Positions 47,647-56,475 of a stretch of 64,000 nucleotides of DNA are shown one piece after another. The DNA is taken from assembly GCA_947588355.1 (NCBI GenBank), contig CANPYI010000001.1:77771-141770 (forward strand). The letters run 5' to 3'. How positions within the stretch are numbered: the first letter of the stretch is position 1; the number at the start of each line of letters is the position of its first letter. Origin of the DNA: an uncultured Clostridia bacterium. Its GTDB lineage: Bacteria > Bacillota > Clostridia > Christensenellales > UBA1242. The notes under the pieces were generated by a model. That model worked only from the letters and a program-made list of their open reading frames with translations. It was not told the origin of the DNA and did no database searches. The translations under genes were made by a program, and so were the position numbers.

Positions 47647-48828
47647 TTATTCCTTATCCTCATCTGAAACACTATCTTCTTCAATAGGTTCAAGTTCTTC
47701 AAGGTCAGACATATCAAACGATGTGTCGTCAGAAAGTTCTGTAAGTTCATATTCTGTTTCTGTCTTTTCGGTTTGAGTTGGTTTCATGAAACTCTCTGGC
47801 TTCACGTCAATCTTCCAACCTGTAAGTTTTGCTGCCAAACGAACATTTTGTCCACCCTTGCCGATTGCCAATGAAAGTTTGTCATCAGGAACAATAACTT
47901 GAGACATATTCAAACTATCGTTTGTTTCAACTGACAAAACTTTTGCCGGGCTGAGTGCTCTTGCAATATATTCAAGAGGGTCATCACTATATTCCACAAG
48001 GTCGATTTTCTCACCATTCAATTCATTGATAATTGTGTTTATGCGAATTCCACGATTGCCGACACATGCACCAATAGCATCAACATTGGCTTTTTCTGTG
48101 AAAACGGCAACTTTGGCGCGATTCCCTGGGTCTCTGGCAATGTTTTTAATTTTAACTTCGCCACTTGCAACCTCAGGAATTTCCAATTCAAACAGCTTTC
48201 TTACAAATCCAATATTACTTCTTGAAACTTGAATTTGTGGACCTTTGAAACTGTCTTTAATCTTTTTAACATAAACTTTCACGCGGTCGCCAACATTAAA
48301 CTTGTCGCCTGGAATTTGGTCGTTTTTCATCATAACACCTTCGGTGTTGGTGCCAGCAATTTGAACGTACACTGTGTCGCCATCAACACGTTTTACAACA
48401 GTGGTCAAAAGTTCATCTTCTTTTTCAGAAAGTTCGCTGATTGCTGTTTGACGTTCCATTTCACGAAGTTTTTGCATAACAACTTGTTTTGCAGTTTGGG
48501 CAGCAATGCGGCCAAAATCCTTTGTTGTTTCTTCAACTGCAACAATATCGCCAACTTTGTATGATTTCTTTAAAAGTTTGGCTTCTTTCAAAGAAATTTG
48601 TTTGTCTGGGTCTTCTGGCTCGTCAGCATCAACGACAGTTTTGTAAGAATAAATCCTGATTGTGCTGCGCTCTGGATACAACTTCACCATAGCGGACTTT
48701 GCCTCTCCATACATCTTTTTGTAGGCAGAAGTGAGTGCTGTCTCAAGTGTTTGAATGAATGTGTCAGCATCTATTTTCTTTTCTGCTTCCAAATCTTGAA
48801 GTGCTTTAAAAAAATCTTTGTTTACCAT
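47647..48828 (-). CDS. nusA: transcription termination/antitermination factor NusA
   Basis: N-terminal domain, S1 and two KH domains (AIGKGGQNVRLA), acidic tail. Confidence 0.95.
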   Translation of the reverse strand: MVNKDFFKALQDLEAEKKIDADTFIQTLETALTSAYKKMYGEAKSAMVKLYPERSTIRIYSYKTVVDADEPEDPDKQISLKEAKLLKKSYKVGDIVAVEETTKDFGRIAAQTAKQVVMQKLREMERQTAISELSEKEDELLTTVVKRVDGDTVYVQIAGTNTEGVMMKNDQIPGDKFNVGDRVKVYVKKIKDSFKGPQIQVSRSNIGFVRKLFELEIPEVASGEVKIKNIARDPGNRAKVAVFTEKANVDAIGACVGNRGIRINTIINELNGEKIDLVEYSDDPLEYIARALSPAKVLSVETNDSLNMSQVIVPDDKLSLAIGKGGQNVRLAAKLTGWKIDVKPESFMKPTQTEKTETEYELTELSDDTSFDMSDLEELEPIEEDSVSDEDKE

Positions 48829-48839
48829 TTTTATTCTCC

Positions 48840-49298
48840 TTAAAATTTTATTACCAATTTTATATTTGCCACTTTGTCTCGCTGAAAAGATAGCAAGTTT
48901 TTGTCAACATTCAAGGTGACATCTTTTTCCGAAAAACTTTCCAAAACTCCGGTAAAGTTTTTCTTGCCGTCTTGCTTTGAAAAAAGTGTCAGTTCCACTT
49001 CTTGACCGATATTGCGTTTCAAGTCACGGTCAGTCTTTAAAGGTCTGTCAAGCCCCGGCGATGAAACCACCAAAGTGTATGGTTTGTCTTCAGTTGGATT
49101 GATCTGCTCCAGCATCGGATCGATTGTTTTGCTGACAAGTTCGCAGTCATCAATCGTCACACCTTTGTCGCTGTCGATAGTAAATATCAAACTCATGCCG
49201 CCGTTTTCCTTGACATATTCGATATCAACGATGTCAAAACCAAGTTCGTTTATCACGCCCGAAAGTTTTTCTTCACAGACTTGTTTTATTTTTGCCAT
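48840..49298 (-). CDS. rimP: ribosome maturation factor RimP
   Basis: 152 aa, LVVSSPGLDRPLK, upstream of nusA. Confidence 0.9.
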   Translation of the reverse strand: MAKIKQVCEEKLSGVINELGFDIVDIEYVKENGGMSLIFTIDSDKGVTIDDCELVSKTIDPMLEQINPTEDKPYTLVVSSPGLDRPLKTDRDLKRNIGQEVELTLFSKQDGKKNFTGVLESFSEKDVTLNVDKNLLSFQRDKVANIKLVIKF

Positions 49299-49399
49299 TT
49301 TTCCTCCAAAAAGTGCCTAATAACAGGACGAGGAGGCAAAATTTTGCCCCCTCGTTGCCAAGCTGTAATTATTATACCCCATAAAATGAATAATTGCAA
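49299..49399 (-). promoter_or_regulatory. rimP-nusA operon promoter and leader hairpin
   Basis: Minus strand TTGCAA(49399-49394)-17 nt-TATAAT(49376-49371). Leader hairpin ACGAGGGGGCAAAAUUUUGCCUCCUCGU (49355-49328) has one G-U pair and an interrupted U-tract. Confidence 0.5.
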
Positions 49400-49424
49400 G
49401 CGTTTTTTGAAAATTTTCAAGAAA

Positions 49425-51002
49425 TTATGCCATGTTGAGTTTCAAAAGAACTTGAGCGGTGGCATAGGCGTCATTCCAAGCCCTGTGCGCCCCCTCCAAC
49501 GAAATTCCCAAAAGTTTTGTGATAGTGCCAAGATTGAAACGCGATGTCTTCAACCTGGAAACACGCGCTTCGTTCATCGTGTCTATAAGTTCATTGTCAA
49601 AAACAAGTCCTTGTGCTTCTCCTTCACGTTTTATAAAATGAATATCAAATTCTATTATGTTGTGACCACAAAGCACACAATCTTTTGAAAAATTGTAAAA
49701 ATCGCGAATCACAAGTTCAATAGGAGGCGCATTTTCCACCATTTCGTTGGTTATACCTGTCAATTTGCTGACCTCATAAGGTATCCTTTTTGTAGGCTTG
49801 ACAAAAGTGGAAAACTTTTCGATAATATTTCCATTTTCAATCTTCACTGCGCCAAGTTCTATTATTTGGTCTCGCTCGCGGTCAAGACCGGTGGTTTCAC
49901 AGTCAAAAACAACAATCGTGCGCCCCGTAATTTTGCGATTATATTTCTGTTTTTGTTCAAACATGCTGTTTTGCTCAAGTGCAGTAATTTTTTCAATTTC
50001 CACACAAGGTCCTGTCCATTCAACAGGTTTGTTTTCTTTTTCCGGCTTGTTTACAATATTTGCGACAGCAATTTTGTCCGCCACAAGTTGAAGTTTGCCT
50101 GACTGATTTATCCTCGCATCGCCATGCACAGCAACAAACATCTCTTCTTCCAGACTTTCCATGTTTTTTTCATATGCTTTTGGACAGAAATACACACCTT
50201 CAATATGTCCACTTTTGTCTTTCAATACAAAAGGAAAATATGCTTTTTGTTGCCCCTGCCTTTTGCCTTTTTTCATCACAAAGTCGCGACGTTCAATTTT
50301 TTGTATAAAGCCGGCAACCAAAACATTTTCTTTTTCTTGCTTTATGTTTGAAAGGTCTTCCACAAGACAAGCATTCAGCAAACAATTTTCATCATTTTCA
50401 GACGGTATATTGACGGTTGGAATTTGTGTTCCTGCAACCATTTTGACAATTTCAACATAATGCTTTTTTACAACGCGATAAGTTGCTTTAAGTTCCACAT
50501 CATCAATGTTCACTTCGTCTACAAAATTTGTGTTTTCAACCGGCAGAACAACAAAATCAACCAAATAATTTTCTTTCAAATATTTGGCAAGTTCGCCATG
50601 AACATCATTTTCGCCAAAAAGGTTTTTCAAACGTGTGCTTACTTCAATCTGAACTTGAACATCGATTGGAGTGACGTTTATTTTGAAATTCTTGTCGGAA
50701 AGATATGTGCTTATCAATCTAAATTTTTTTTCAAAAAATTCCTTGATTGTCTTTAAAATCAAGCGTTCTTCCACAAATACACGCAAAAATTTGACCTTCA
50801 GTATCAGCCTTTCTAAATCAAGTTGATTTTTTATCCACGCAACGATTTCTTTTTTCTGCTCATCATTAAGTTCCGCAACACTTGACGGATAAAGAAAAGT
50901 GACAACAACACTTGAATCACTTTTTTTCACCACAACGCTTTTTAAACTTAACATGCCATATTTGTCACCAAACTGACGGCGAAATTCTTGCTGAAAGTTC
51001 AT
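49425..51002 (-). CDS. PolC-like N-terminal/OB/3'-5' exonuclease protein without PHP or polymerase domains
   Basis: 525 aa. C-terminal DEDDh exonuclease: VVFDCETTGL, CGHNIIEFDIHFI, HRAWNDAYATAQV. Central OB-like block VLVAGFIQKIERRDF...FVAVHGDARINQSGKLQLVADKI. Occupies the polC slot between rseP and rimP. Flanking gaps of 64 and 126 nt leave no room for polymerase remnants. Confidence 0.7.
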   Translation of the reverse strand: MNFQQEFRRQFGDKYGMLSLKSVVVKKSDSSVVVTFLYPSSVAELNDEQKKEIVAWIKNQLDLERLILKVKFLRVFVEERLILKTIKEFFEKKFRLISTYLSDKNFKINVTPIDVQVQIEVSTRLKNLFGENDVHGELAKYLKENYLVDFVVLPVENTNFVDEVNIDDVELKATYRVVKKHYVEIVKMVAGTQIPTVNIPSENDENCLLNACLVEDLSNIKQEKENVLVAGFIQKIERRDFVMKKGKRQGQQKAYFPFVLKDKSGHIEGVYFCPKAYEKNMESLEEEMFVAVHGDARINQSGKLQLVADKIAVANIVNKPEKENKPVEWTGPCVEIEKITALEQNSMFEQKQKYNRKITGRTIVVFDCETTGLDRERDQIIELGAVKIENGNIIEKFSTFVKPTKRIPYEVSKLTGITNEMVENAPPIELVIRDFYNFSKDCVLCGHNIIEFDIHFIKREGEAQGLVFDNELIDTMNEARVSRLKTSRFNLGTITKLLGISLEGAHRAWNDAYATAQVLLKLNMA

Positions 51003-51037
51003 GATTTTATTTTAAAGCATAATTTTGTTTTTGTCAA
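51003..51037 (-). promoter_or_regulatory. sigma-A promoter abutting the ATG of the PolC-like gene (leaderless candidate)
   Basis: Minus strand TTGACA(51037-51032)-17 nt-TAAAAT(51014-51009)-AAAATC-ATG(51002). Confidence 0.5.
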
Positions 51038-51066
51038 GAAAAAAAGAAAGTCAAAACGACCTTCTT

Positions 51067-52194
51067 TTACAACACAAAATGCAAAATATCAACAATAATC
51101 ACAAAGCCAAACAAAATGCAAAGCCCAACAAAATGAATGATGCTTTCAACTTTGCGATTTATTGGTTTTCCGCGTATCCATTCAATAAGCGTAAACAAAA
51201 CATGCGAGCCGTCTAGTGCAGGAAATGGCAAAATGTTAAACACCGCCAAATTTGCTGCAATAAGTGGAATAAATATCAACAAATAAGACATGTTTTGAGA
51301 CGCATAGGTGGCAATTGTGGAAATGGTTGTGATAGTTCCGCCCATTTGCGTGATAGGAATTTGGAAAGTGATAAGAAGCCACAAACTTTTCAAAACAACC
51401 CAAGCAAATCCAAACGCCATTTCAAAAGAACGGCAAAACCCCTCCCAAGCACCGTAACAATATGCTTTTGTCACTGGTTGCCCATCATCGCGACTTTCAA
51501 GGCCGGTGTAGGCATTGAGTTTCTGTTGCCCGTCAGACGTTTCATATTTTGGATAAATGTAAATGGTCAATTTTTCGATGTCGCCGTTTCGATTGACGGT
51601 CATTTCAAAAGAATGGAGTTGCTCCCTACTGATTTGCTCGATCGAACTTCCCTCATCAATAAGTTTTTGATATTTTTCGATTGCTACAATGCGTTCGTTG
51701 TTTACGAGTGTGACATAATTTTCGCCGAATGCAAAATCAATCTTCTTTCCGTTGATATGTGTAATGACATCGCCCGCCTGATAAACATTTTCTTGATAGA
51801 CAACATCTTTTGCAATTTGTGGCACGTCATAACCGTTGCAACAAAGAAGTATCCAAGAAAAAATGATTGCAGTCAAAAAATTTGCGGTCACGCCGGCAAA
51901 AAAAACAAGAATTCTTTTCCAAGGTTTTTGATTGTTGAACGCCAAAGGATCCGGACTTTCTTTTTCTTCATCTTCGCCATAAAACGAGCAGTAGCCCCCA
52001 AGCGGAAAAATCCTTAAAGAAAATTTTTCACCTGTTTTTTTGCTTGTATGAGAAAATATAGGAAATCCAAAACCGACCGAAAATTCCGTAATCTTAAATT
52101 TAAGAATTTTGCCAACAATGTAGTGCCCAAATTCGTGGATAAGCACCATAAACAGCAAAATCACAACTGCCAGCAAAATGTATGCAACAATCAT
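51067..52194 (-). CDS. rseP: RIP metalloprotease RseP
   Basis: HEFGHY zinc site near the N-terminus, central PDZ, PALDGSHV motif, 375 aa. Confidence 0.9.
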   Translation of the reverse strand: MIVAYILLAVVILLFMVLIHEFGHYIVGKILKFKITEFSVGFGFPIFSHTSKKTGEKFSLRIFPLGGYCSFYGEDEEKESPDPLAFNNQKPWKRILVFFAGVTANFLTAIIFSWILLCCNGYDVPQIAKDVVYQENVYQAGDVITHINGKKIDFAFGENYVTLVNNERIVAIEKYQKLIDEGSSIEQISREQLHSFEMTVNRNGDIEKLTIYIYPKYETSDGQQKLNAYTGLESRDDGQPVTKAYCYGAWEGFCRSFEMAFGFAWVVLKSLWLLITFQIPITQMGGTITTISTIATYASQNMSYLLIFIPLIAANLAVFNILPFPALDGSHVLFTLIEWIRGKPINRKVESIIHFVGLCILFGFVIIVDILHFVL

Positions 52195-52232
52195 AAATAT
52201 CCTTTAAAACTTTGTGTAGGTCTTTTGCAAAA

Positions 52233-53201
52233 TTAAAGCAAGCATATCCAAAAAGCAAACAAAACAAACGGTGCGATAAAAATATAACTGTCGATGCGGT
52301 CGAGCATTCCGCCGTGACCAGGCAATATCTTTCCACTGTCCTTTACTTGTGCTTTACGTTTTATCAAACTTTCAAATATATCACTTGCTTGTGAAACAAC
52401 CGACCCAAGTAATGCCACAATCAGATATGCCCAAATAGGAAATACTTCCAAAAATGGCTGAAAACTTTCAATGCAGCCAAAGACAAAATGCAAACAAGCA
52501 CAAACAACAATGCACCAAACAACCCCTCCAATTGCACCAGAAATTGTTTTGTTTGGACTTATTTTTGGACAAAGTTTTTTGCCTCCAATCACCGAGCCGA
52601 CAAGCATGGCAAAAGTGTCCGTTATCATAGGAATCAAAATTGCTGTCAAAAGCAAAAACACGGAAACATTTGTCAGCCCAGAAAGTTCTGTAAGTTTTGA
52701 CAGTGGCAACTGCTGAAAATGATTTATCAACATGAAAAACAAAAACAAAAATGTTGGATAAACAAAACAAACAAAAGTGTTTAAGGCTTTTTTGAATGAA
52801 AACATTTCAACACTTGTTTTTTTCAACTGCCTGACAGAAATTTCATTTTTTGATTTGCGACGAAATATAATGCCAAACAAAAACAAACCAAGTGCAACGA
52901 AAAGCATCAAACCTACATCAATCAAAATTGTGTAAAGCACCCAAAACAAGTCTTTTGACACCCCACAAAAGTGAATCCCCAACAAGTTGCTCGCAAAAAG
53001 CAAAAGCGGAAAGATAGTTGCAACATACAAAAAGTTGTATCTGCCCATTTTTGTCATAAGTCTTGCCATTTCAAACGATGCAAAGCAAGCAAGACATGCA
53101 AAAAACACATCAAAAAAGTAGTCACTGACGTAAACTTTAAGCACAAACAAAAGTGCCAAAGTTATGATGATAGCAATCGATGTGTAAACACGTTTTTTCA
53201 T
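52233..53201 (-). CDS. cdsA: phosphatidate cytidylyltransferase
   Basis: SDIFESLIKRKAQVKDSGKILPGHGGMLDRIDS signature. Polytopic. The N-terminal part is longer than usual. Confidence 0.9.
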   Translation of the reverse strand: MKKRVYTSIAIIITLALLFVLKVYVSDYFFDVFFACLACFASFEMARLMTKMGRYNFLYVATIFPLLLFASNLLGIHFCGVSKDLFWVLYTILIDVGLMLFVALGLFLFGIIFRRKSKNEISVRQLKKTSVEMFSFKKALNTFVCFVYPTFLFLFFMLINHFQQLPLSKLTELSGLTNVSVFLLLTAILIPMITDTFAMLVGSVIGGKKLCPKISPNKTISGAIGGVVWCIVVCACLHFVFGCIESFQPFLEVFPIWAYLIVALLGSVVSQASDIFESLIKRKAQVKDSGKILPGHGGMLDRIDSYIFIAPFVLFAFWICLL

Positions 53202-53903
53202 CTATTTTCCTCCATATCTTCTGTCTCTGTAACTAAATTCCTCTATAGCCTTGAAAAGTTCTTTCTTATCAAAATCCGGCCAATAGGTTTTTGTAAAGTA
53301 AAGTTCGCTGTATGCAAGATAAAAAAGCATAAAATTTGAGATTCTCTGTTCGCCACTTGTGCGTATCAAAAGGTCGATATCCGGAATGTCGCCTGCATAC
53401 AAGTTTGCCTTGAGATTTTGTTCAGTGACTTTTTCGCCGCTGTCAAAAACCTTGTTTGCCGCTTGAATAATATCGTCTTTTCCGCCATAGCCAAGTGCCA
53501 TGTTTACAACAAGTCCGGTGTTGCTTTTTGTTTTCTCTACAATGCGCAAAACTGCATGTTGCAAATCCTCCGGAAAACGTGAAATATCGCCCATAGCAAC
53601 AAATTTAATGTTTTTGTCCACATATTTTTGCTCATTTTCACAAACGAGATCTCGCACAAGTTGAAAAATATAATCAATTTCGTTTCGGTCCCTCTTCCAA
53701 TTTTCAGTTGAGAAAGCAAAAAACGATGCAAATTTTATTTCTTCGATTTCCGCCAACACATCTATAAGATTTTTAAGTGCGATTGCACCATGTTTGTGTC
53801 CAGCCATCTTTCCAAGCCCGTGTGACACCGCCCACCTGCGATTTCCGTCCATGATGAAGGCAATGTGCTCAGGAAAAATCAAGTCTTTCTTTTTTTTAAA
53901 CAT
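53202..53903 (-). CDS. uppS: isoprenyl transferase (undecaprenyl diphosphate synthase)
   Basis: HIAFIMDGNRRWA, ENWKR, RTSGEQRISNF. Confidence 0.95.
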   Translation of the reverse strand: MFKKKKDLIFPEHIAFIMDGNRRWAVSHGLGKMAGHKHGAIALKNLIDVLAEIEEIKFASFFAFSTENWKRDRNEIDYIFQLVRDLVCENEQKYVDKNIKFVAMGDISRFPEDLQHAVLRIVEKTKSNTGLVVNMALGYGGKDDIIQAANKVFDSGEKVTEQNLKANLYAGDIPDIDLLIRTSGEQRISNFMLFYLAYSELYFTKTYWPDFDKKELFKAIEEFSYRDRRYGGK

Positions 53904-53938
53904 AACTACCCAAAAAAATTGTATCGGTCTTTTGTGTT

Positions 53939-54505
53939 TCAGACAGTCATAACTTCTTTTTCTTTTTCGTCAGCAAGATTGTCGGCGTTTTCTGTAAATT
54001 TGTCAATTTCTTTTTGCACTTGTTTTTCATAAGTTGTATATTCATCTTCAGAAATTGCACTGTCTTTTTTCATGTCCTTAAGCATGTCCAAAGCGTCACG
54101 ACGAGCATTTCTCATAGTAACTTTTGTTTCTTCGCAAATTTTTTTGACATTTTTCACAATTTCCTTACGCCTTTCTTCTGTAAGTTGTGGAAAAACAAGT
54201 CTTATAGTTTTGCCGTCATCTGTTGGAGTGATTCCAATGTCCGCTTGAGAGATTGCCTTTTCAACATTTTTTATTTGTGAAGCGTCCCAAATATTGATAT
54301 TCAAAATTCTCGCTTCGCTGACGGTGACAGTGCCCATTTGCACAATAGGTGTTGGCACACCGTAATATTCCACCATAACTTTGTCCAAAATGTGCGGATT
54401 TGCTCTGCCAGCCCTAATAACAAGATATTCACTTTGTTGGTGCTGATATGCTTTTTGCAAGTCTTCATTTAAAGTGGAAAAAATTTCCTCAACCATTTCG
54501 TTCAT
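53939..54505 (-). CDS. frr: ribosome recycling factor
   Basis: Start at ATG 54505 (MNEMVEEIF) after AAGGAG. RAGRANPHILD, ITPTDDGKTIRL. Confidence 0.95.
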   Translation of the reverse strand: MNEMVEEIFSTLNEDLQKAYQHQQSEYLVIRAGRANPHILDKVMVEYYGVPTPIVQMGTVTVSEARILNINIWDASQIKNVEKAISQADIGITPTDDGKTIRLVFPQLTEERRKEIVKNVKKICEETKVTMRNARRDALDMLKDMKKDSAISEDEYTTYEKQVQKEIDKFTENADNLADEKEKEVMTV

Positions 54506-54523
54506 AAAAACTCCTTGTGACTT

Positions 54524-54552
54524 ATAATAACACAAACACAGCAAGTTTGCAA
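54524..54552 (-). promoter_or_regulatory. sigma-A promoter of frr
   Basis: Minus strand TTGCAA(54552-54547)-17 nt-TATTAT(54529-54524) with TGT upstream. Confidence 0.5.
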
Positions 54553-54569
54553 ACAAATTTAAACTGAAA

Positions 54570-54597
54570 CAAAAAATCACACTGATTTGGTGTGATT
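54570..54597 (-). terminator. intrinsic terminator after tsf
   Basis: Minus strand ATCACAC-CAAATCA-GTGTGAT followed by TTTTTTG. Confidence 0.7.
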
Positions 54598-54610
54598 TTT
54601 TTGTCTAAAC

Positions 54611-55267
54611 TTAATTTTTTCCTGCCATTTGTTTTGCAACTTCTTCTGCCAAGTTGTCATTTCTTTTTTCAAGGCCTTCGCCAAGTTCGTATCTTACAAA
54701 ACGACGAATAGAAATCTTTTCGCCAATTTTGAGTGTTGCTTCTGTCAAAAGGTCTTTTATTGTAAGGTCAGGATTTTTTACAAAATGTTGATTTAAAAGA
54801 CAAACATCTTCGTAAAACTTTTTAATTCTGCCTTCAATCATCTTGTCAACGATTGCAGCAGGCTTTCCTTCGTTGAGGGCTTGAACACGCAAAATTTCTT
54901 TTTCGCTTTCAAGTTCGGCTGGGTCAACTTCAGCCTCAGAAACATACTTTGGATTTGCTGCAGCAATATGCATAGCAATATCTTTCACAAGGTTTTGGAA
55001 ATCAGCACTTTTTGCAACAAAGTCTGTTTCACAATTCACTTCAACCAAAACGCCAATACGTCCGCCCATGTGAATATAACTTTGTACAAGTCCTTCGCTT
55101 GCAATTCTGCCTTGTTTTTTGTCAACGGCTTTAAGCCCACGTTCTCTCAAAAGAACAATTGCTTTTTCAAAATCTCCGTTGGCATCAGTAAGTGCCTTTT
55201 TGCACTCCATCATTCCAACGCCTGTTTGTGCGCGCAATTTTGCAACATCTTGTGCTGTAAAACTCAT
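54611..55267 (-). CDS. tsf: translation elongation factor Ts (short form)
   Basis: [37 protein letters not shown] (UBA-like N-terminus), 218 aa. Confidence 0.95.
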   Translation of the reverse strand: MSFTAQDVAKLRAQTGVGMMECKKALTDANGDFEKAIVLLRERGLKAVDKKQGRIASEGLVQSYIHMGGRIGVLVEVNCETDFVAKSADFQNLVKDIAMHIAAANPKYVSEAEVDPAELESEKEILRVQALNEGKPAAIVDKMIEGRIKKFYEDVCLLNQHFVKNPDLTIKDLLTEATLKIGEKISIRRFVRYELGEGLEKRNDNLAEEVAKQMAGKN

Positions 55268-55291
55268 ATCATTATCTCCTTTACTCTTGGT

Positions 55292-56230
55292 TTACTCTGC
55301 CTTTGCTGTTTTACGTGTAGTCTTTTTCTTTTCGACTTTTTCTACTTCTTCTTTTTCTGGCTCTTGTGCTTGTTGAGTTTCAGATTTTTCTTCTTTCTTT
55401 GCAACTGTTTTTTTTCTTACAGTCTTTTTGGCAACTGTTTTTGTTTCTTCACCGGCTTCAGCAACTTCCATGCTTGGTTTTGCGGAAGTGAGAAGTGTTT
55501 CAAGGTCAACAGCTTCTGCTTCAGGTTGATCTTCTTTCTTCAAAGAAACGCCCTCTCTTGCCTCGATAACAGCGTCTGCAATAGCACTTGCAACAAGTTT
55601 TACAGAACGAATCGCATCGTCATTTCCTGGAATAACAATATCAACATCTGAAGGGTCGCAATTTGTGTCAACAAGGCTGACAACAGGAATGTGCAAAATT
55701 TTTGCTTCATGCACGCAGATTTTTTCGTTTGAAGGATCAACAACAAACAAAACTCCTGGCAAATCGTGCATCTCTTTGATACCGCCAAGATTTTTTTCTA
55801 ATTTGTCGCGTTCTTGCTTTAAAAGAGCAACTTCTTTTTTTGGCAAAAGGTCAAATTCACCAACTTTTTCCATTTGGTTGAGTTTGTTAAGACGCTCAAT
55901 TCTTGCACGGATTGTTTTGAAGTTTGTCAAAGTGCCACCCAGCCAACGAGTGTTGACATAAAACATTCCGCATCTTTCTGCCTCTTCCTTTATTGCTTCT
56001 TGAGCCTGTTTTTTTGTGCCAACGAAAAGAACACTCTTTCCGCTTGCAACGATGTCACGAACAAAAGTGTAGGCTTTGTCCACTTGCTCGCTTGTAACTT
56101 CCAGATTGATGATGTGAATATCATTTCTTGCAGTGAAAATGTACTGTTTCATCTTAGGATTCCACTTTCTTGTCTGATGACCGAAGTGAACACCTGCCTC
56201 CAAAAGTTGTTTCATTGAAATAACTGACAT
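55292..56230 (-). CDS. rpsB: 30S ribosomal protein S2 with Lys/Glu-rich C-terminal extension
   Basis: [22 protein letters not shown]. The core ends near residue 235 and is followed by ~75 charged residues. Confidence 0.95.
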   Translation of the reverse strand: MSVISMKQLLEAGVHFGHQTRKWNPKMKQYIFTARNDIHIINLEVTSEQVDKAYTFVRDIVASGKSVLFVGTKKQAQEAIKEEAERCGMFYVNTRWLGGTLTNFKTIRARIERLNKLNQMEKVGEFDLLPKKEVALLKQERDKLEKNLGGIKEMHDLPGVLFVVDPSNEKICVHEAKILHIPVVSLVDTNCDPSDVDIVIPGNDDAIRSVKLVASAIADAVIEAREGVSLKKEDQPEAEAVDLETLLTSAKPSMEVAEAGEETKTVAKKTVRKKTVAKKEEKSETQQAQEPEKEEVEKVEKKKTTRKTAKAE

Positions 56231-56439
56231 AATATAACCTCCTGTTTTTTGTGCTTCCTTAAAAATTCGCTTTGACTTGAACCCAAAACCGAAGAGGTTT
56301 TTTATTGCAAAACATATTCATAATTTTTTCGACTTTTTTCTATCGTTTTGCAACTTTCAGGCAACAGCGTCAAAAATTTTTAAGTGCTTTTTGTCTTCAA
56401 TGACCTATGTATAATAGCACAAAGAAAAACAGAAATCAA
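56231..56439 (-). promoter_or_regulatory. rpsB promoter and long (~170 nt) structured 5' UTR
   Basis: Minus strand TTGATT(56439-56434)-17 nt-TATTAT(56416-56411, TGC upstream). UTR contains a 9-bp stem UUGCAAAAC...GUUUUGCAA and an AAAACC-UCUUC-GGUUUU hairpin, then the AGGAGG SD. Confidence 0.45.
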
Positions 56440-56475
56440 GTTTTTTTGCAAACAAAATCAAAATTTGTCAAAAAT

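Noticed and set aside
49299-51066. Interpreting the PolC-like gene as a frameshifted or decayed polC pseudogene
   Set aside because: There is a single clean ORF with intact DEDDh motifs. The flanking non-coding DNA is only 64 and 126 nt and is occupied by promoters and a leader, so no polymerase remnants can be hidden there.
54881-55651. 256-aa plus-strand ORF across tsf/rpsB. Similar long antisense ORFs occur at 51295-52017, 10345-10998, 14386-14988, 23082-23624, 27519-28091, 28239-28847, 35460-35978 and 45458-46409.
   Set aside because: All are antisense to strongly supported housekeeping genes. Their sequences are low-complexity Phe/Cys/Leu-rich with no motifs. They are by-products of codon bias.
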